Under the pieces are notes generated by a model. That model saw nothing but the letters and a program-made list of their open reading frames with translations, was not told the DNA's origin and made no database searches. The position numbers and the translations under genes were made by a program. This document shows positions 1-10,096 of a DNA stretch of 64,000 nt, in pieces (within the stretch, counting starts at the first letter, position 1; each line of letters opens with the position of its first letter). This stretch comes from Candidatus Wildermuthbacteria bacterium (GTDB lineage Bacteria; Patescibacteriota; Minisyncoccia; Minisyncoccales; CAVTZN01): the NCBI GenBank assembly GCA_963739285.1, contig CAVTZN010000004.1, positions 31,227 to 95,226 on the forward strand, in the 5' to 3' direction.

Positions 1-87
1 TTAAAATTGGGAGCAGTTGACTATTTGATTAAGGCGCATTTCGCCCCCAGAGAAATTATTGAAAAAATCAAAAAGAATCTAAAGTAA
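1..87 (+). CDS. C-terminal fragment of a CheY-like response-regulator receiver domain (gene starts upstream of the window)
   Basis: Frame 1 reads LKLGAVDYLIKAHFAPREIIEKIKKNLK then TAA at 85-87; GA-x-DYL-x-K resembles the end of receiver domains. Confidence 0.45.
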   Translation, partial: LKLGAVDYLIKAHFAPREIIEKIKKNLK

Positions 88-92
88 TTAAT

Positions 93-842
93 ATGCCCGA
101 GTTGCCTGAAGTTGAGACAATTCGACGTCAATTGGCTCGGAAAATTATTGGTAAAAGATTGAATGGTCGGAAGATCATTGGCGTACGAAGGAGGGCTAAA
201 ATTCTGATAGTTGATTTTGCCGACAGTTCAAGTTTAATCTTCCATCTGAAGCTGACCGGCCAATTGATTTTTAATGGAAAACCTTCGCAGCACACTCGCA
301 AGGTTTTTAATTTTGATGATGGTTCACAATTGATTTTTAATGATACGCGTAAGTTTGGCTGGTGGAAAAAAGTAAAGGGAACGAGAGAGATAGAAGAAAA
401 ATTCGGGCCTGAGGCGCTAGAGATTAACCTCGAATCTTTTAAAACCCTCTTGGAGAAAAGGCAAAATTCAAAAATTAAACCCTTGCTTATGGACCAAAAA
501 TTTATTGCTGGCATAGGCAATATCTATTCAGACGAGATTTTGTTTGCGGCTAAAGTTAATCCTCTCAGGCAAGTAAAAACGTTAAGCGATAAAGAAATTC
601 AACAAATTCACCAAAATATTAAAAAAATTTTAGAAAAAGCTATCCGGTGTCGCGGGACCACCGAGCAATATTACCGTGATGCTTGTGGTCGCGAGGGCGA
701 TTACGCCAAATACCTTAAAATTTATCGGAAAGAAGGAGAAAAATGCAGCCGTTGCGGAACTATTATCAAAAGAGTAAAAATTGGCGGCAGGTCAGCTCAT
801 TTTTGTCCTAAGTGTCAACCCATTCGACAGGCTCAGGGTTGA
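93..842 (+). CDS. mutM: Formamidopyrimidine-DNA glycosylase (Fpg/MutM)
   Basis: 249-aa ORF with N-terminal MPELPEVE and a C-terminal CxxC...CxxC zinc finger (CSRCG...CPKC). The last codons (IRQAQG*) come from a GC-rich repeat hairpin. Confidence 0.9.
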   Translation: MPELPEVETIRRQLARKIIGKRLNGRKIIGVRRRAKILIVDFADSSSLIFHLKLTGQLIFNGKPSQHTRKVFNFDDGSQLIFNDTRKFGWWKKVKGTREIEEKFGPEALEINLESFKTLLEKRQNSKIKPLLMDQKFIAGIGNIYSDEILFAAKVNPLRQVKTLSDKEIQQIHQNIKKILEKAIRCRGTTEQYYRDACGREGDYAKYLKIYRKEGEKCSRCGTIIKRVKIGGRSAHFCPKCQPIRQAQG

Positions 843-860
843 TGCTGAGTTTATCGAAGC
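819..860 (+). repeat. GC-rich dispersed repeat, copy 1 (imperfect hairpin TTCGACAGGCTCAG / CTGAGTTTATCGAA)
   Basis: CCATTCGACAGGCTCAGGG matches the CCCTTCGRCAARCTCAGGG motif seen at five other sites. It forms the C-terminal tail and stop of mutM. Confidence 0.55.
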
Positions 861-869
861 ACAACGATT

Positions 870-1800
870 ATGATTCTTTTTCTTTACGGGCCCGACACTT
901 ATCGGTCGCGGCAAAAATTAAACGACATAATCGAGAATTACAAAAAAATCCATAAAAGCGGGCTGAATTTAGTTAAGTTTAATATGGCAGAGAATACTTT
1001 CGAAGACTTTAAAGAGCAGATAGAGACCGCTTCAATGTTTAAGGAAAAAAAATTAATAATTTTAGAGAATACTTTTTCCAGCCAAGACTTTATTGAAAAA
1101 TTTTTGAAATATAAAAAACCTTTCGGTGATAATATTGTTCTGTTTTTTGAAGAGGGAACGGTAGACGCGAAAAAATCCTTATTTAAATTCTTAGAGAAAA
1201 ACTCAAAATTGCAAGGGTTCAGTTTGCTTAGGGGAGAGAAGTTAAAAAACTGGATAAAAAAAGAATTTCAAAAATACGAAAGCGAAATCTCTCCCGAGGC
1301 AGTCCAATCCTTAGTTGATTTTATCGGTCATGACCCTTGGCAACTTTTTAATGAGATTAAAAAATTAGCTATCTACAAAAAAGGCAAAAGAATTGAGAAA
1401 GGGGATATTGAACTTTTGATTAAACCGAAAGTTGAGACATCCATTTTTAAAACGATTGACGCCATAGCTGAAAAGAAAAAGAAAGACGGCTCTGTCCTTA
1501 ATCCATCAGCATTTAGAAAAAGGAGACTCTCCTCAATATCTTCTCTCAATGATCAATTTCCAGTTTCGGAATTTGTTGGAGGTTAAAGACATGATGGAGA
1601 GGGATAGGCCCTATTATATGATTCTGAAAAAAAGCAACCTCCATCCATTTATCGTCAGGAAAAGCTATGAGCAGGCGCAAAAATTTACGATTGAGCAATT
1701 AAAAAAAATCTACCAGAGGATTTTTCAGGTAGATTCAGCCATCAAGACGGGAAAAATTGCGCCAGACGTGGCCTTGGATTTACTGATTACCGAGATTTGA
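870..1800 (+). CDS. holA: DNA polymerase III delta subunit-like (HolA), one frame break
   Basis: ORFs 870-1586 and 1549-1800 are two halves of one protein (MILFLYGPDTYRSRQKL... / ...LLSMINFQFRNLLEVKD...). The frames switch in the A-rich stretch 1471-1486. Confidence 0.7.
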
Positions 1801-2050
1801 GAATCGATTTTGTAATCCTTGATTTTTTTCTGTCGGCGGCATTCTTTTTAATCAGCCCGTTTTTGGCTGCTTTGTCTAAAACTTTATAGATCTGCGGGAG
1901 AAGTTTTTTTGCCTCCTCGATTTTTTTCTGAGAAATCAAACCCCCTACCTCTTTTAAGAGGTTTTTCATTTTCGTTTTGACTTTAATATTTCTCGCCCTT
2001 CTTTTCGGGTTTTGACGAAGGGCTTTTTTCGCCGACTTGGTGATAGCCAT
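1787..2050 (-). CDS. rpsT: 30S ribosomal protein S20
   Basis: 87-aa basic ORF, MAITKSAKKALRQNPKRRARNIKVKTKMKNLLK, a typical S20 N-terminus. Confidence 0.9.
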   Translation of the reverse strand: MAITKSAKKALRQNPKRRARNIKVKTKMKNLLKEVGGLISQKKIEEAKKLLPQIYKVLDKAAKNGLIKKNAADRKKSRITKSILKSR

Positions 2051-2059
2051 ATATAATAT

Positions 2060-2088
2060 ATCTTACTTTATTTTAATTTTTTTATCAA
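2060..2088 (-). promoter_or_regulatory. Candidate promoter of rpsT (TTGATA-17-TAAGAT), nearly leaderless
   Basis: On the minus strand: TTGATA (2088-2083), 17-nt spacer, TAAGAT (2065-2060). Only 9 nt separate the -10 box from the ATG and there is no SD. Confidence 0.35.
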
Positions 2089-2168
2089 CCTTTCCATTCC
2101 CTCGGGGTTGAATCTGAGAGTAGTTCGCCCTTTTGTTTTAAGCAAAATTAGCTTAAAATTAAATTGAG

Positions 2169-3367
2169 ATGAAAAATCTAATTAAAAAATTTATTCCCTC
2201 TTTTCTGCTTAGTTGGTACCATTTTTTACTAGCTTTTTTATCTGCGATTATTTACAGATTTCCTTCGCGGAAAATTGAAAGTAATCGGTGTAACTGGAAC
2301 CAATGGAAAGACAACGGTGGTTAATTTTACCACTAAAATTTTAGAAGAGGCAGGTTATAAGATTGCTTCTTTGTCTTCTATTAAATTTAAAGTCGGTGAT
2401 AAAGAATGGCCAAACACTCTAAAAATGACAATGCCTGGTCGTTTCAAAGTCCAGAAAATTTTAAGACAGGCAGTAAACGCTGGTTGTCAGTACGCGGTTT
2501 TAGAAGTTACCTCCGAAGGAATTAAACAATATCGTCACAAATTTATTAATTTTGAAGCCGCGGTATTTACCAATCTTACCCCTGAGCATATTGAGGCTCA
2601 TAAGGGTTTTGAAAATTACAAAAAAGCAAAAGGTAAGCTTTTTCAAGCGACCAAAGAAATTCATATTATTAATATTGACGATGAGAACGCCGATTATTTC
2701 TTGCGGTTCCCGGCTAAGAAAAAATACACTTATGGTTTAAACAGAGGAGATATTAATACTCAAAATACTCAATTTAAATTAAAATTAATCGGCGAATTCA
2801 ATATTTATAATGCTTTGGCAGCAATTTGCGTAGGCGTTATCGCAAGGAGTTAATTTGGAAACATGCCAAACAGCTGTAGAAAAAATTGAAGGAATCCCTG
2901 GCAGGATGGAAGAAGTAATTTCAGAACCATTTAAAGCGTTTGTTGATTATGCTTTTACCCCTAATGCTTTAGAAAAAGTTTACCAAACCTTCTACAAACC
3001 AGAAAACAAGAAAAATGATTTGCGTTTTGGGTTCTTGCGGCGGCGGAAGGGATAAATGGAAAAGGCCGGTTTTGGGCGAAATTGCGGCAAAATATTGCGA
3101 CGAAATCATTGTCACCAACGAAGACCCTTATGACGAAAATCCGCATGGAGATTATTGAACAAGTGGCGGAAGGCGCCAAAGGAAAAGCAAAGAAAATATT
3201 AGACAGAAGGGAAGCAATAAGGATATCTTTGGAATTGGCGCAGGCTGGCGATGTAGTTGATTATTACCGGTAAGGGTTGCGAGCCGTGGATAGTTGAGGC
3301 CAGTGGCAAAAAAATACCTTGGGACGACAGACAAGTAGTTAGAGAAGAATTTCAAGAAATTAAAAAC
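2169..3367 (+). CDS. murE: Mur ligase family protein (MurE-like), at least 4 frame breaks
   Basis: Fragments 2169-2275, 2275-2853, 2855-3055, 3082-3273 and 3257-3367. They carry the GVTGTNGKTT P-loop, EVTSEGIKQYR, TNLTPEHIEAH and a C-terminal ITGKGCEPW...WDDRQVVREE. Confidence 0.75.
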
Positions 3368-3774
3368 ATGAAATATGAAATTCTTGAGCATAAAGCGGAT
3401 TTGAAAATCAGGGCTTTCGGCAAAACCAAAGAAGAATTATTTTTGAATATGCTTTTAGGAATGGCTGAAAGTCAAAAGCCAGAAATTAAAGGTGAGGAGA
3501 AAAATAAAAAGAGCAAATTAAAATAAAATCTCTTGATTCACTAGCCCTTTTAGTAGATTTTTTGAGTGAAATTTTATATCAAAGTCAAATCAATAAAGAA
3601 ATTTATTTGATGTTAAAATTTAAAAAGTTTTCCGATAACGAATTAGAAGCCGAGATTTTCGGCCAAAAAGTAGAAAGATTCGGCGAAGATATAAAGGCCG
3701 TCACTTATCACGATTTAGAAATTCATCAAAATACAGAAGGAGAATGGGAAGCGACGGTTCTTTTTGATATATAA
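3368..3774 (+). CDS. Archease, one frame break
   Basis: MKYEILEHKADLKIRAFGKTKEELF... (3368-3526) and ...IKAVTYHDLEIHQNTEGEWEATVLFDI* (3562-3774). It lies just upstream of rtcB, the classic partner. Confidence 0.8.
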
Positions 3775-3821
3775 ATCATCCAATTAGTTCATTTATTTTG
3801 TAATAAAGAGAAGCGAAGAGA

Positions 3822-3980
3822 ATGCTCTATTTTAACTTAATGGAAGAAGACTTGGGATGTCCAGATTGTCGACAGAAGAGATCTAGGAAACCGATAGGTT
3901 CATATTCAAAAAAAAGAGAAGAGTACTGTATTATGGTCTGTGAAAAATGTTACTATAATATTTCGGATAGACGGAAATAA
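3822..3980 (+). CDS. Hypothetical 52-aa zinc-ribbon peptide (below the ORF-track cutoff)
   Basis: ATG 3822 to TAA 3978-3980: MLYFNLMEEDLGCPDCRQKRSRKPIGSYSKKREEYCIMVCEKCYYNISDRRK. It has a CxxC...CxxC pair; the SD is weak and I recognise no homology. Confidence 0.25.
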   Translation: MLYFNLMEEDLGCPDCRQKRSRKPIGSYSKKREEYCIMVCEKCYYNISDRRK

Positions 3981-4238
3981 ATGTGATAAATTCTGAGATG
4001 ATCTAGATTCAAGTTTTCATCCGTCTGTTCTAAAATGGTCATCATCATCTGGTTTCTCGAGAAGAAGAGCAAGAAGAGAAAAGAACTTGTTGGAGAATTA
4101 AGAAGACAGAAGAGAAAAACTAGGAGTAAATAACAGAGGATAATGAGAGAAAAGGGAAGAAACTATTTGTCTTAAGAGGGCTACAATCAAAGTACAGGCC
4201 CTTTTTAATTGAAATTATGAGACAAATAAGTTAAAATT

Positions 4239-5683
4239 ATGTTATCCTATGCAAAAATGATTTCAAAAAAATATCGGATTGGCTTGTGGGAAATTCCAAA
4301 AAGCTTTCGGCCAGACATGAAAGTGCCGGCCAGAGCTTATGTTTCAGAGAAAATGCTAGAAGAAAGTTTTAAGGATAAATCGCTGGAGCAATTGGTTAAT
4401 ATTGCTACTTTGCCAGGAATTGTGAATTATAGTCTGGCCATGCCTGATATGCACGAAGGTTATGGTTTCCCAATCGGCGGAGTGGCGGCATGGATATTGA
4501 AAACGGAGTAATTTCGCCGGGCGGCGTTGGTTATGATATAAATTGCGGAATGAAATTTTTAAAATCGGAATATAAGGAGGAAGAAATTAGGCCACATTTA
4601 GAAAAATTAGCAACCGAAATTCAAAAAGAAGTTCCTTCCGGTCTTGGACAGGGAAGACAAATAAAACTGGATATTTCTTTCATAGACAAAATTTTAGAAG
4701 GAGGCGCTCAAAGAATAGTTGAGCAGGGTTATGGCGAAAAAGAGGATTTAGAAAATTGCGAATCAAACGGAAAATTGCTTAGGCTGATGCGGCGACCGTT
4801 TCTGACTACGCCAAAAATCGAGGAAGAGATCAAGTTGGAACTCTCGGGTAGCGGGAACATTTTTGGAAATTCAAAAAGTTGAGGAAATTTTTGACGAAAA
4901 AGCGGCTGAAATTTTCGGTTTATTTAAAGACCAAGTGGTGATTATGATTCATACTGGTTCGCGGGGATTGGGCCATCAAATTGCCACTGATTACATCAGA
5001 ATTATGATGCAGGCAATGACAAAATATGGAATAAGATTACCCGACCGAGAATTGGCCGCCTGCCCGATTAATTCTCCAGAAGGCAAAAGATATTTTTCAG
5101 CCATGGCTTGCGGAGCAAATTATGCCTGGGCAAATCGCCAGATGATTACCCATTTTATCAGAAAGGCTTGGAAAGCGGTTTTAGGAGAAAAAGCCCTGCC
5201 GCTTTCGGTACTTTATGATGTTGCTCACAATATTGTCAAAATTGAAAAACATTTGGTTGATGGCAAAGAAATAGAACTTTGCGTTCACCGAAAAGGAGCC
5301 ACCCGGGCTTTTCCGCCCGATCAGGAAATCCCGGAAAAATATCGCCAAGTCGGCCAGCCGGTTTTAATTCCCGGCTCAATGGGAACGGCTTCTTATGTTT
5401 TAGTTGGACAAAAAGAAGGGGCGGAGGCCTGGTTTTCAACCTGTCACGGGGCGGGCAGAACAATGTCGCGCCATGAAGCAATGAGAAGAATCTCTGGACA
5501 AGAGGTCGTAAAAGATTAGAATCAAAAGGTATTATTGTTAAATGCTGGAGCTTCAGAGGGATTGCCGAGGAAGCGCCAATGGCTTATAAAGATATTGATA
5601 GAGTTGTTGAGGTTGTCCATAACGCCGGATTATCAAAAAAAGTGGCAAAGTTAGTACCATTAGCCGTAATAAAAGGAGAATAA
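4239..5683 (+). CDS. rtcB: RNA-splicing ligase RtcB, at least 3 frame breaks
   Basis: Fragments 4239-4511, 4490-4882, 4863-5519 and a tail to TAA 5681-5683. Motifs: [48 protein letters not shown], ...[15 protein letters not shown]... Confidence 0.85.
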
Positions 5684-5721
5684 ATATCGAATTATGATTT
5701 ATGAATTAAGAATTAGTAATT

Positions 5722-5850
5722 ATGGAAAGGAGAAAGTTATCCAAAAGCACCAGAAAATTTGTTCGCTTAGAAAAAGCCCGGATTCGCCGGGAAGTTTTAG
5801 ATTTAAAGGAACAAGAAAAATTAATTAACGAGCTATATCAAAAAATATGA
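5722..5850 (+). CDS. Hypothetical 42-aa basic peptide
   Basis: MERRKLSKSTRKFVRLEKARIRREVLDLKEQEKLINELYQKI*; open frame between rtcB and pepA, no clear SD. Confidence 0.3.
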   Translation: MERRKLSKSTRKFVRLEKARIRREVLDLKEQEKLINELYQKI

Positions 5851-5863
5851 AAATTAAAACAAT

Positions 5864-7298
5864 ATGGAAATAAAATTAAACGAGCAACAAAAAATTAGTT
5901 GGGAATTGAGCTGGTTTTATTTTGCCCTTTTTTTCAGATGAGAAAGTAAGATTGAAAAAGAGGGAATTAAAAAGGAATTTTAAAAATTTTCCAAGGATCT
6001 CATCTCGCTAAAAGAAAAGGAAGATCCGCTTGATTTTCTCTGAAGAAGGGAAATTTATCTTTTTAAATGTCGGAGAAAAGAAAAAATGGAATCAAAGAAA
6101 ATTTCTATTAAATTTGAGAAAGGGCATTAGATATTTAAAGGAAATAATTTCGCCCGAGCAATTCTATTATTAAAAGAGTATTCCCCGAGAAACAGATTTA
6201 AATAATTTAGTTAGACAGATACCGGAAAATATTTTATTAGCCGATTACGAATTTACTCGCTATAAAGAAAAACCAAAAGAAGGATGGTCGCAAATAAAAA
6301 CAATTGAAATTAGTTGGCCTAATCCTCAAAAATATCTAAAGGAGTTAAATCAAGGGAAAATTATTGGGCAGGCGATAAATTTCACCCGAGATTTAGCAAA
6401 TATCCCTGGAGGCGAAATGACCCCTGACAAGTTACCAAAACAGCAGCAGTCATGAGCAAAAGGGTTAAGAATGTTAAAGTTAAGATTTTTGACGAAAGGA
6501 AGCTAAAAAAGAATAGGTATGGGAGGAATCTTAGGGGTTTCCCAAGGAAGCTTCCAAAAACCAAGGCTCATTATCTTAAAATATTTCGGCAAAGACAAAA
6601 AGGAGAAATTCGATTTGGCCTTCGTCGGCAAGGGAGTCACTTTCGATAGTGGCGGTTTAGATATTAAACCTTTTGATGCAATGAAAGAGGGAATGCATAT
6701 GGATATATCTGGCGGATCAGCTGTTTTGGGAGCAATTTTAGCTATCGCTCAAATTAAACTTCCCTTGAATATCGTTGCCGCAATCCCGGCAGTTGAAAAT
6801 ATGCTCTCCGGCCAATCTTATAGGCCTGGCGATCTTTTGAAAAGCTACAACAGAAAGACAATTGAAGTAATTAGTACTGATGCTGAGGGTAGAATTATTT
6901 TGGCCGATGCCCTATCTTTTATTGCTAAGAATTTCAAACCGAAAACAATAATTGACGTTGCTACCTTAACTGGTGCGGCCGTGGTAGCTTTGGGGCAACA
7001 AATAGTTGGCTTATTCACCAATCTTCCAAAGATGGAAAATGCTTTTCGCCAGATTGGTGAAGAGTCTGGTGATTATGTTTGGCCCTTACCTCTATGGGAA
7101 GAGTATGAAGAAGAAATTAAAGGAACCTTTGGCGACATCGCTAATTTAGGTAAAACAAAATATGGTGGAGCAATTACTGCCGCTCTATTTTTAGAGAATT
7201 TTGTTGAAGAAATTCCCTGGATTCATTTAGACATTGCTCCAACAATGACCTCGATTGAAAATCAGGGATTAGCTAAAGGATTACTGGCACAGGGGTAA
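5864..7298 (+). CDS. pepA: Leucyl aminopeptidase (M17, PepA); N-terminal half heavily frame-broken
   Basis: The C-terminal ORF 6519-7298 carries VGKGVTFDSGGLDIKP and NTDAEGR-like STDAEGRIILADA. Region 5864-6520 translates in pieces to an M17 N-domain (...INFTRDLANIPGGEMTPDKL...). Confidence 0.8.
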
Positions 7299-7382
7299 GA
7301 TATTTAGTAAAATTAGCTAAAGATTTTCAAAAATTAAAAATAACTTCTAAGTTGTCTTAGGCAACAAAAATATTTTAAGATT

Positions 7383-7408
7383 AAAACTGGCTGAAGGGCC
7401 AGTTTTTT
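7383..7408 (+). terminator. Rho-independent terminator after pepA
   Basis: ACTGGC-TGAAGG-GCCAGT stem-loop followed by a T6 run. Confidence 0.6.
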
Positions 7409-7427
7409 GATAGAATTAACTAGAAAT

Positions 7428-8556
7428 ATGAGAACAGGTATTGCGACAATTCCATTGGATTATGGGAAATGCCCGCGTTGGCTTTTTGAGAGGATGAAAA
7501 GACTGGGTCGTGGGATAGCTATGGCTATTGTAGAAGAATTCGGACCAGAAGAATTTTTAAAACGACTTTCTGATCCGGTTTGGTTTCAGAGTTTGGGATG
7601 CGTAATTGGCTTTGACTGGAATTCGAGCGGTCTAACTACCATCACTTTAGGCGCTTTAAAGACCGGGCTTTTTGATATTCAGGATAGATTAGGTATTTAT
7701 GTCTGTGGAGGAAAAAGAGAATCGAGAAAAACACCGGAGGAAATTGAAGCTTACGGGAGGTCGCGAGGTTTTTCCTTCTCTCCCAATTTAATCTATGCTT
7801 CAAAAATGGCGGCCAAAACCGACTCTTCGTTGATTCAGGATAATTACCAAATTTATCAGCATAACTTTCTCTTTACCAAATCTGGCAATTGGACAGTTAT
7901 CCAGCAAGGGATGAATACGGATAATCAGACCGCGCGTCGCTACCACTGGTTGTCTTCTACTCTCAAAAAAAACGAAGATGCTCCTGATTTTATTGAAGAA
8001 CCTCATTCCGGGATTATTTCTGGGGCTAAAGTCAAGCCATTAAATTTAACCGCCAAAGAAAGCAATAAAAATCGGGAAGTTTCGGTGGCTCAGGTTAGAG
8101 AAGAGCCAAAAAAATTTTTAAGAAATCTAAATCTAATCCAAACTAAAAAATCGAAAAACCTCACATCAATGGAGCTTTACGACACAGAATTTTATTGGCA
8201 TCCGGTTGTCGAGGAAAAGTTTGATTTGAAAAGATTAGAAAAAACAATATTTTTTGCCAATTCCCAAGAACCAAAAAGCTTTGAGAAACTTTTATCGCTG
8301 AAAGGAATCGGGCCAAAAACAATAAGGGCTCTGATCTCTCGTTTCCGAAATAATTTATGGCGCAAAGCCTTCCTACGAGGATCCAGCCAGATATTCATTT
8401 TCAGTAGGAGGCAAAGACGGAACACCATATCCGGTTGATAGAAAGACTTATGATAAAACTTTGGAAATAATGGAAAAAGGAATAAAAAAGAGCTTGATTT
8501 CAATTGAAGAGAAAAATAAAGCCCAAAAAAGATTAAAGGAAAGGTTTTTGCTATGA
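7428..8556 (+). CDS. DUF763-family protein with helix-hairpin-helix motif, one frame break
   Basis: MRTGIATIPLDYGKCPRWLFERMKRLG... is the DUF763 N-terminus as I remember it. The LKGIGPKTIRAL HhH motif is present. The frame switches near 8330 and continues ...GGKDGTPYPVDRKTYDKTLEIM... to TGA 8554-8556. Confidence 0.65.
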
Positions 8557-8687
8557 GAAATTACGCTTCAAAACGAGCTAAAAAAGGAAAACTGGCTTAT
8601 CGGACGCCAGACCGATTTATTTATAGAAAATTTCTGAAAACTACCAAAGAAAAATGTCGGAGAAGAAAAATCATTAAAAATTCTTAA
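8553..8687 (+). CDS. Hypothetical 44-aa basic peptide, start overlaps the DUF763 stop (ATGA)
   Basis: MRNYASKRAKKGKLAYRTPDRFIYRKFLKTTKEKCRRRKIIKNS*; the ATGA overlap at 8553-8556 suggests translational coupling. Confidence 0.3.
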   Translation: MRNYASKRAKKGKLAYRTPDRFIYRKFLKTTKEKCRRRKIIKNS

Positions 8688-10096
8688 CCATGTAGGTATC
8701 TTTCAATCCATATCCCAATTTTCGGAAATAATCGCGAGCCCCCACAGCAGAAATTACAGCTATTTTCTCTAAGCCAAATTCCTTTTTAGTAATTTTTTCT
8801 GCCTCTCTAACTAATTTTTTGCCAAGCCCCTGATGTTGCGGGGCTAATTTTTTTTGGGCAATCGGAATAAGTTGTCCGTAAGTATGAATTTCTCGGATTA
8901 TCGCCTTGTTTTCGGGAAGTTATTCGCAAGCGAAGCAAACTATACAGTTTTATTCTTTTTTTATTTTCGAAACTCAAAAATATTTCTTTTCCGTCCGAAG
9001 CATTATAATCTTGACGGAAAAGATAAGGTTTTTCTTTTGGGCTGTATTTTTCTCTAACTTCTCGGCATCTAATACATTTACATTTCCAGCCCTCTTTTTT
9101 TATAATTTCGGTAAGAATTTGGCGCAAGTTAGAGATTCTCGCCGCTCCGGCGACAATTCTTCTGAGAAGGAATATCTCTGGTTATTCTTTGAATCCTGAC
9201 ATAGTAAGGGATTTTCTTTTTGATTTCTTTAATAAGATTTATTAAAACTTTCTCGGGATAAGGTTTGTATTTTCTTTTTAAATACCATTTATAAAGCGGC
9301 GCTTCTTTTAAAAGGCGCAAGGATAAATTTTTAATAAATCGGGCTGAAAATCGGGATTTTGAAATAATTCTTCAAACATTTTCTCGTCTCGTTTTGGATT
9401 AGAACCGGGTAAATTCGGCATCATTTGATATAGAACCTTAAATCCAGCGTCTTTTAAAAGTTTTGTGGCTAAAATTGTTTCTTTTACCCCGTGACCTCGC
9501 GCGTTTAGCTTCAAAACATCATCATAAATTGATTGAACTCCCAACTCAACCATTGTTGCTCCTAATTCTCTCAATCTCTTAATTTCAGAGATATTAATAA
9601 AGTCAGGCCTGGTTTCAATAGACAAGCCAACAATCCTGTGTTTCGCTTTTTCATTTAATATTTGGGCTTCTTTTAGATTTCTACTTTTTCTTTCATTACA
9701 GGCGTCAAAACATCTTTTTACAAACCAATTTTGATATTTTTTAGGATAATAGCTCCAAGTCCCGCCGACTATTCTTAGTTCAATTTTATCAGTCGGATGG
9801 CCTTCAATTTTCAACATTTCAATTCTCTTTTTGACTTGTAAATAGGGATCAAAATTCAATCTCTTCGCTCTTTCTACCGCCGGCTCCCCCGAAACATAGC
9901 TTTTAGGAATGCCTTTTTCTATCGGGCAATAAAGACATTTTCCCGGGCAGGGATAGGGTTTAGTTAAAACCGAGATATTAACAATTCCAGAAAGCGAGCG
10001 AATGGGTCGTGTTCGAAGCAATCTTTCTAAATTTTCGAATATTTTTTTATTCCTGCGTCCTCCGTAGCCTTGGCGAAGGAGGGTTTTATTTTTCAC
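8674..10096 (-). CDS. elp3: Elp3-like radical-SAM / GNAT acetyltransferase (tRNA wobble-uridine modification), at least 3 frame breaks
   Basis: 9308-10096 holds the radical-SAM core (CPGKCLYCP, IVGGTWSYYPKKYQ). 8674-9320 holds the GNAT part (...QHQGLGKKLVREAEKI...ARDYFRKLGY...). Confidence 0.8.
10059..10083 (-). repeat. GC-rich dispersed repeat variant, copy in the Elp3 N-terminus (translates LRQGYGG)
   Basis: The minus strand reads CCCTCCTTCGCCAAGGCTACGGAGG, related to the CCTTCGRCAAGCTCAGGG motif. Confidence 0.4.

Noticed and set aside
128-520. Long antisense or overlapping ORFs from the six-frame track. Examples: 128-520(-), 8854-9199(+), 13270-13530(-), 13880-14263(-), 19248-19610(-), 24176-24677(-), 34944-35213(-), 60389-60739(+), 61378-61623(-).
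   Set aside because: Each lies opposite or inside a gene with clear family signatures and has low-complexity or odd composition. They are shadow ORFs, not genes.
3257-3526. Apparent in-frame fusion of the Mur ligase C-terminus with archease (ORF 3257-3526 has no stop between them)
   Set aside because: The +1 frame gives an ATGA stop/start overlap at 3368-3371, as at other gene junctions here. Given the indel noise, a missed stop is more likely than a real fusion.
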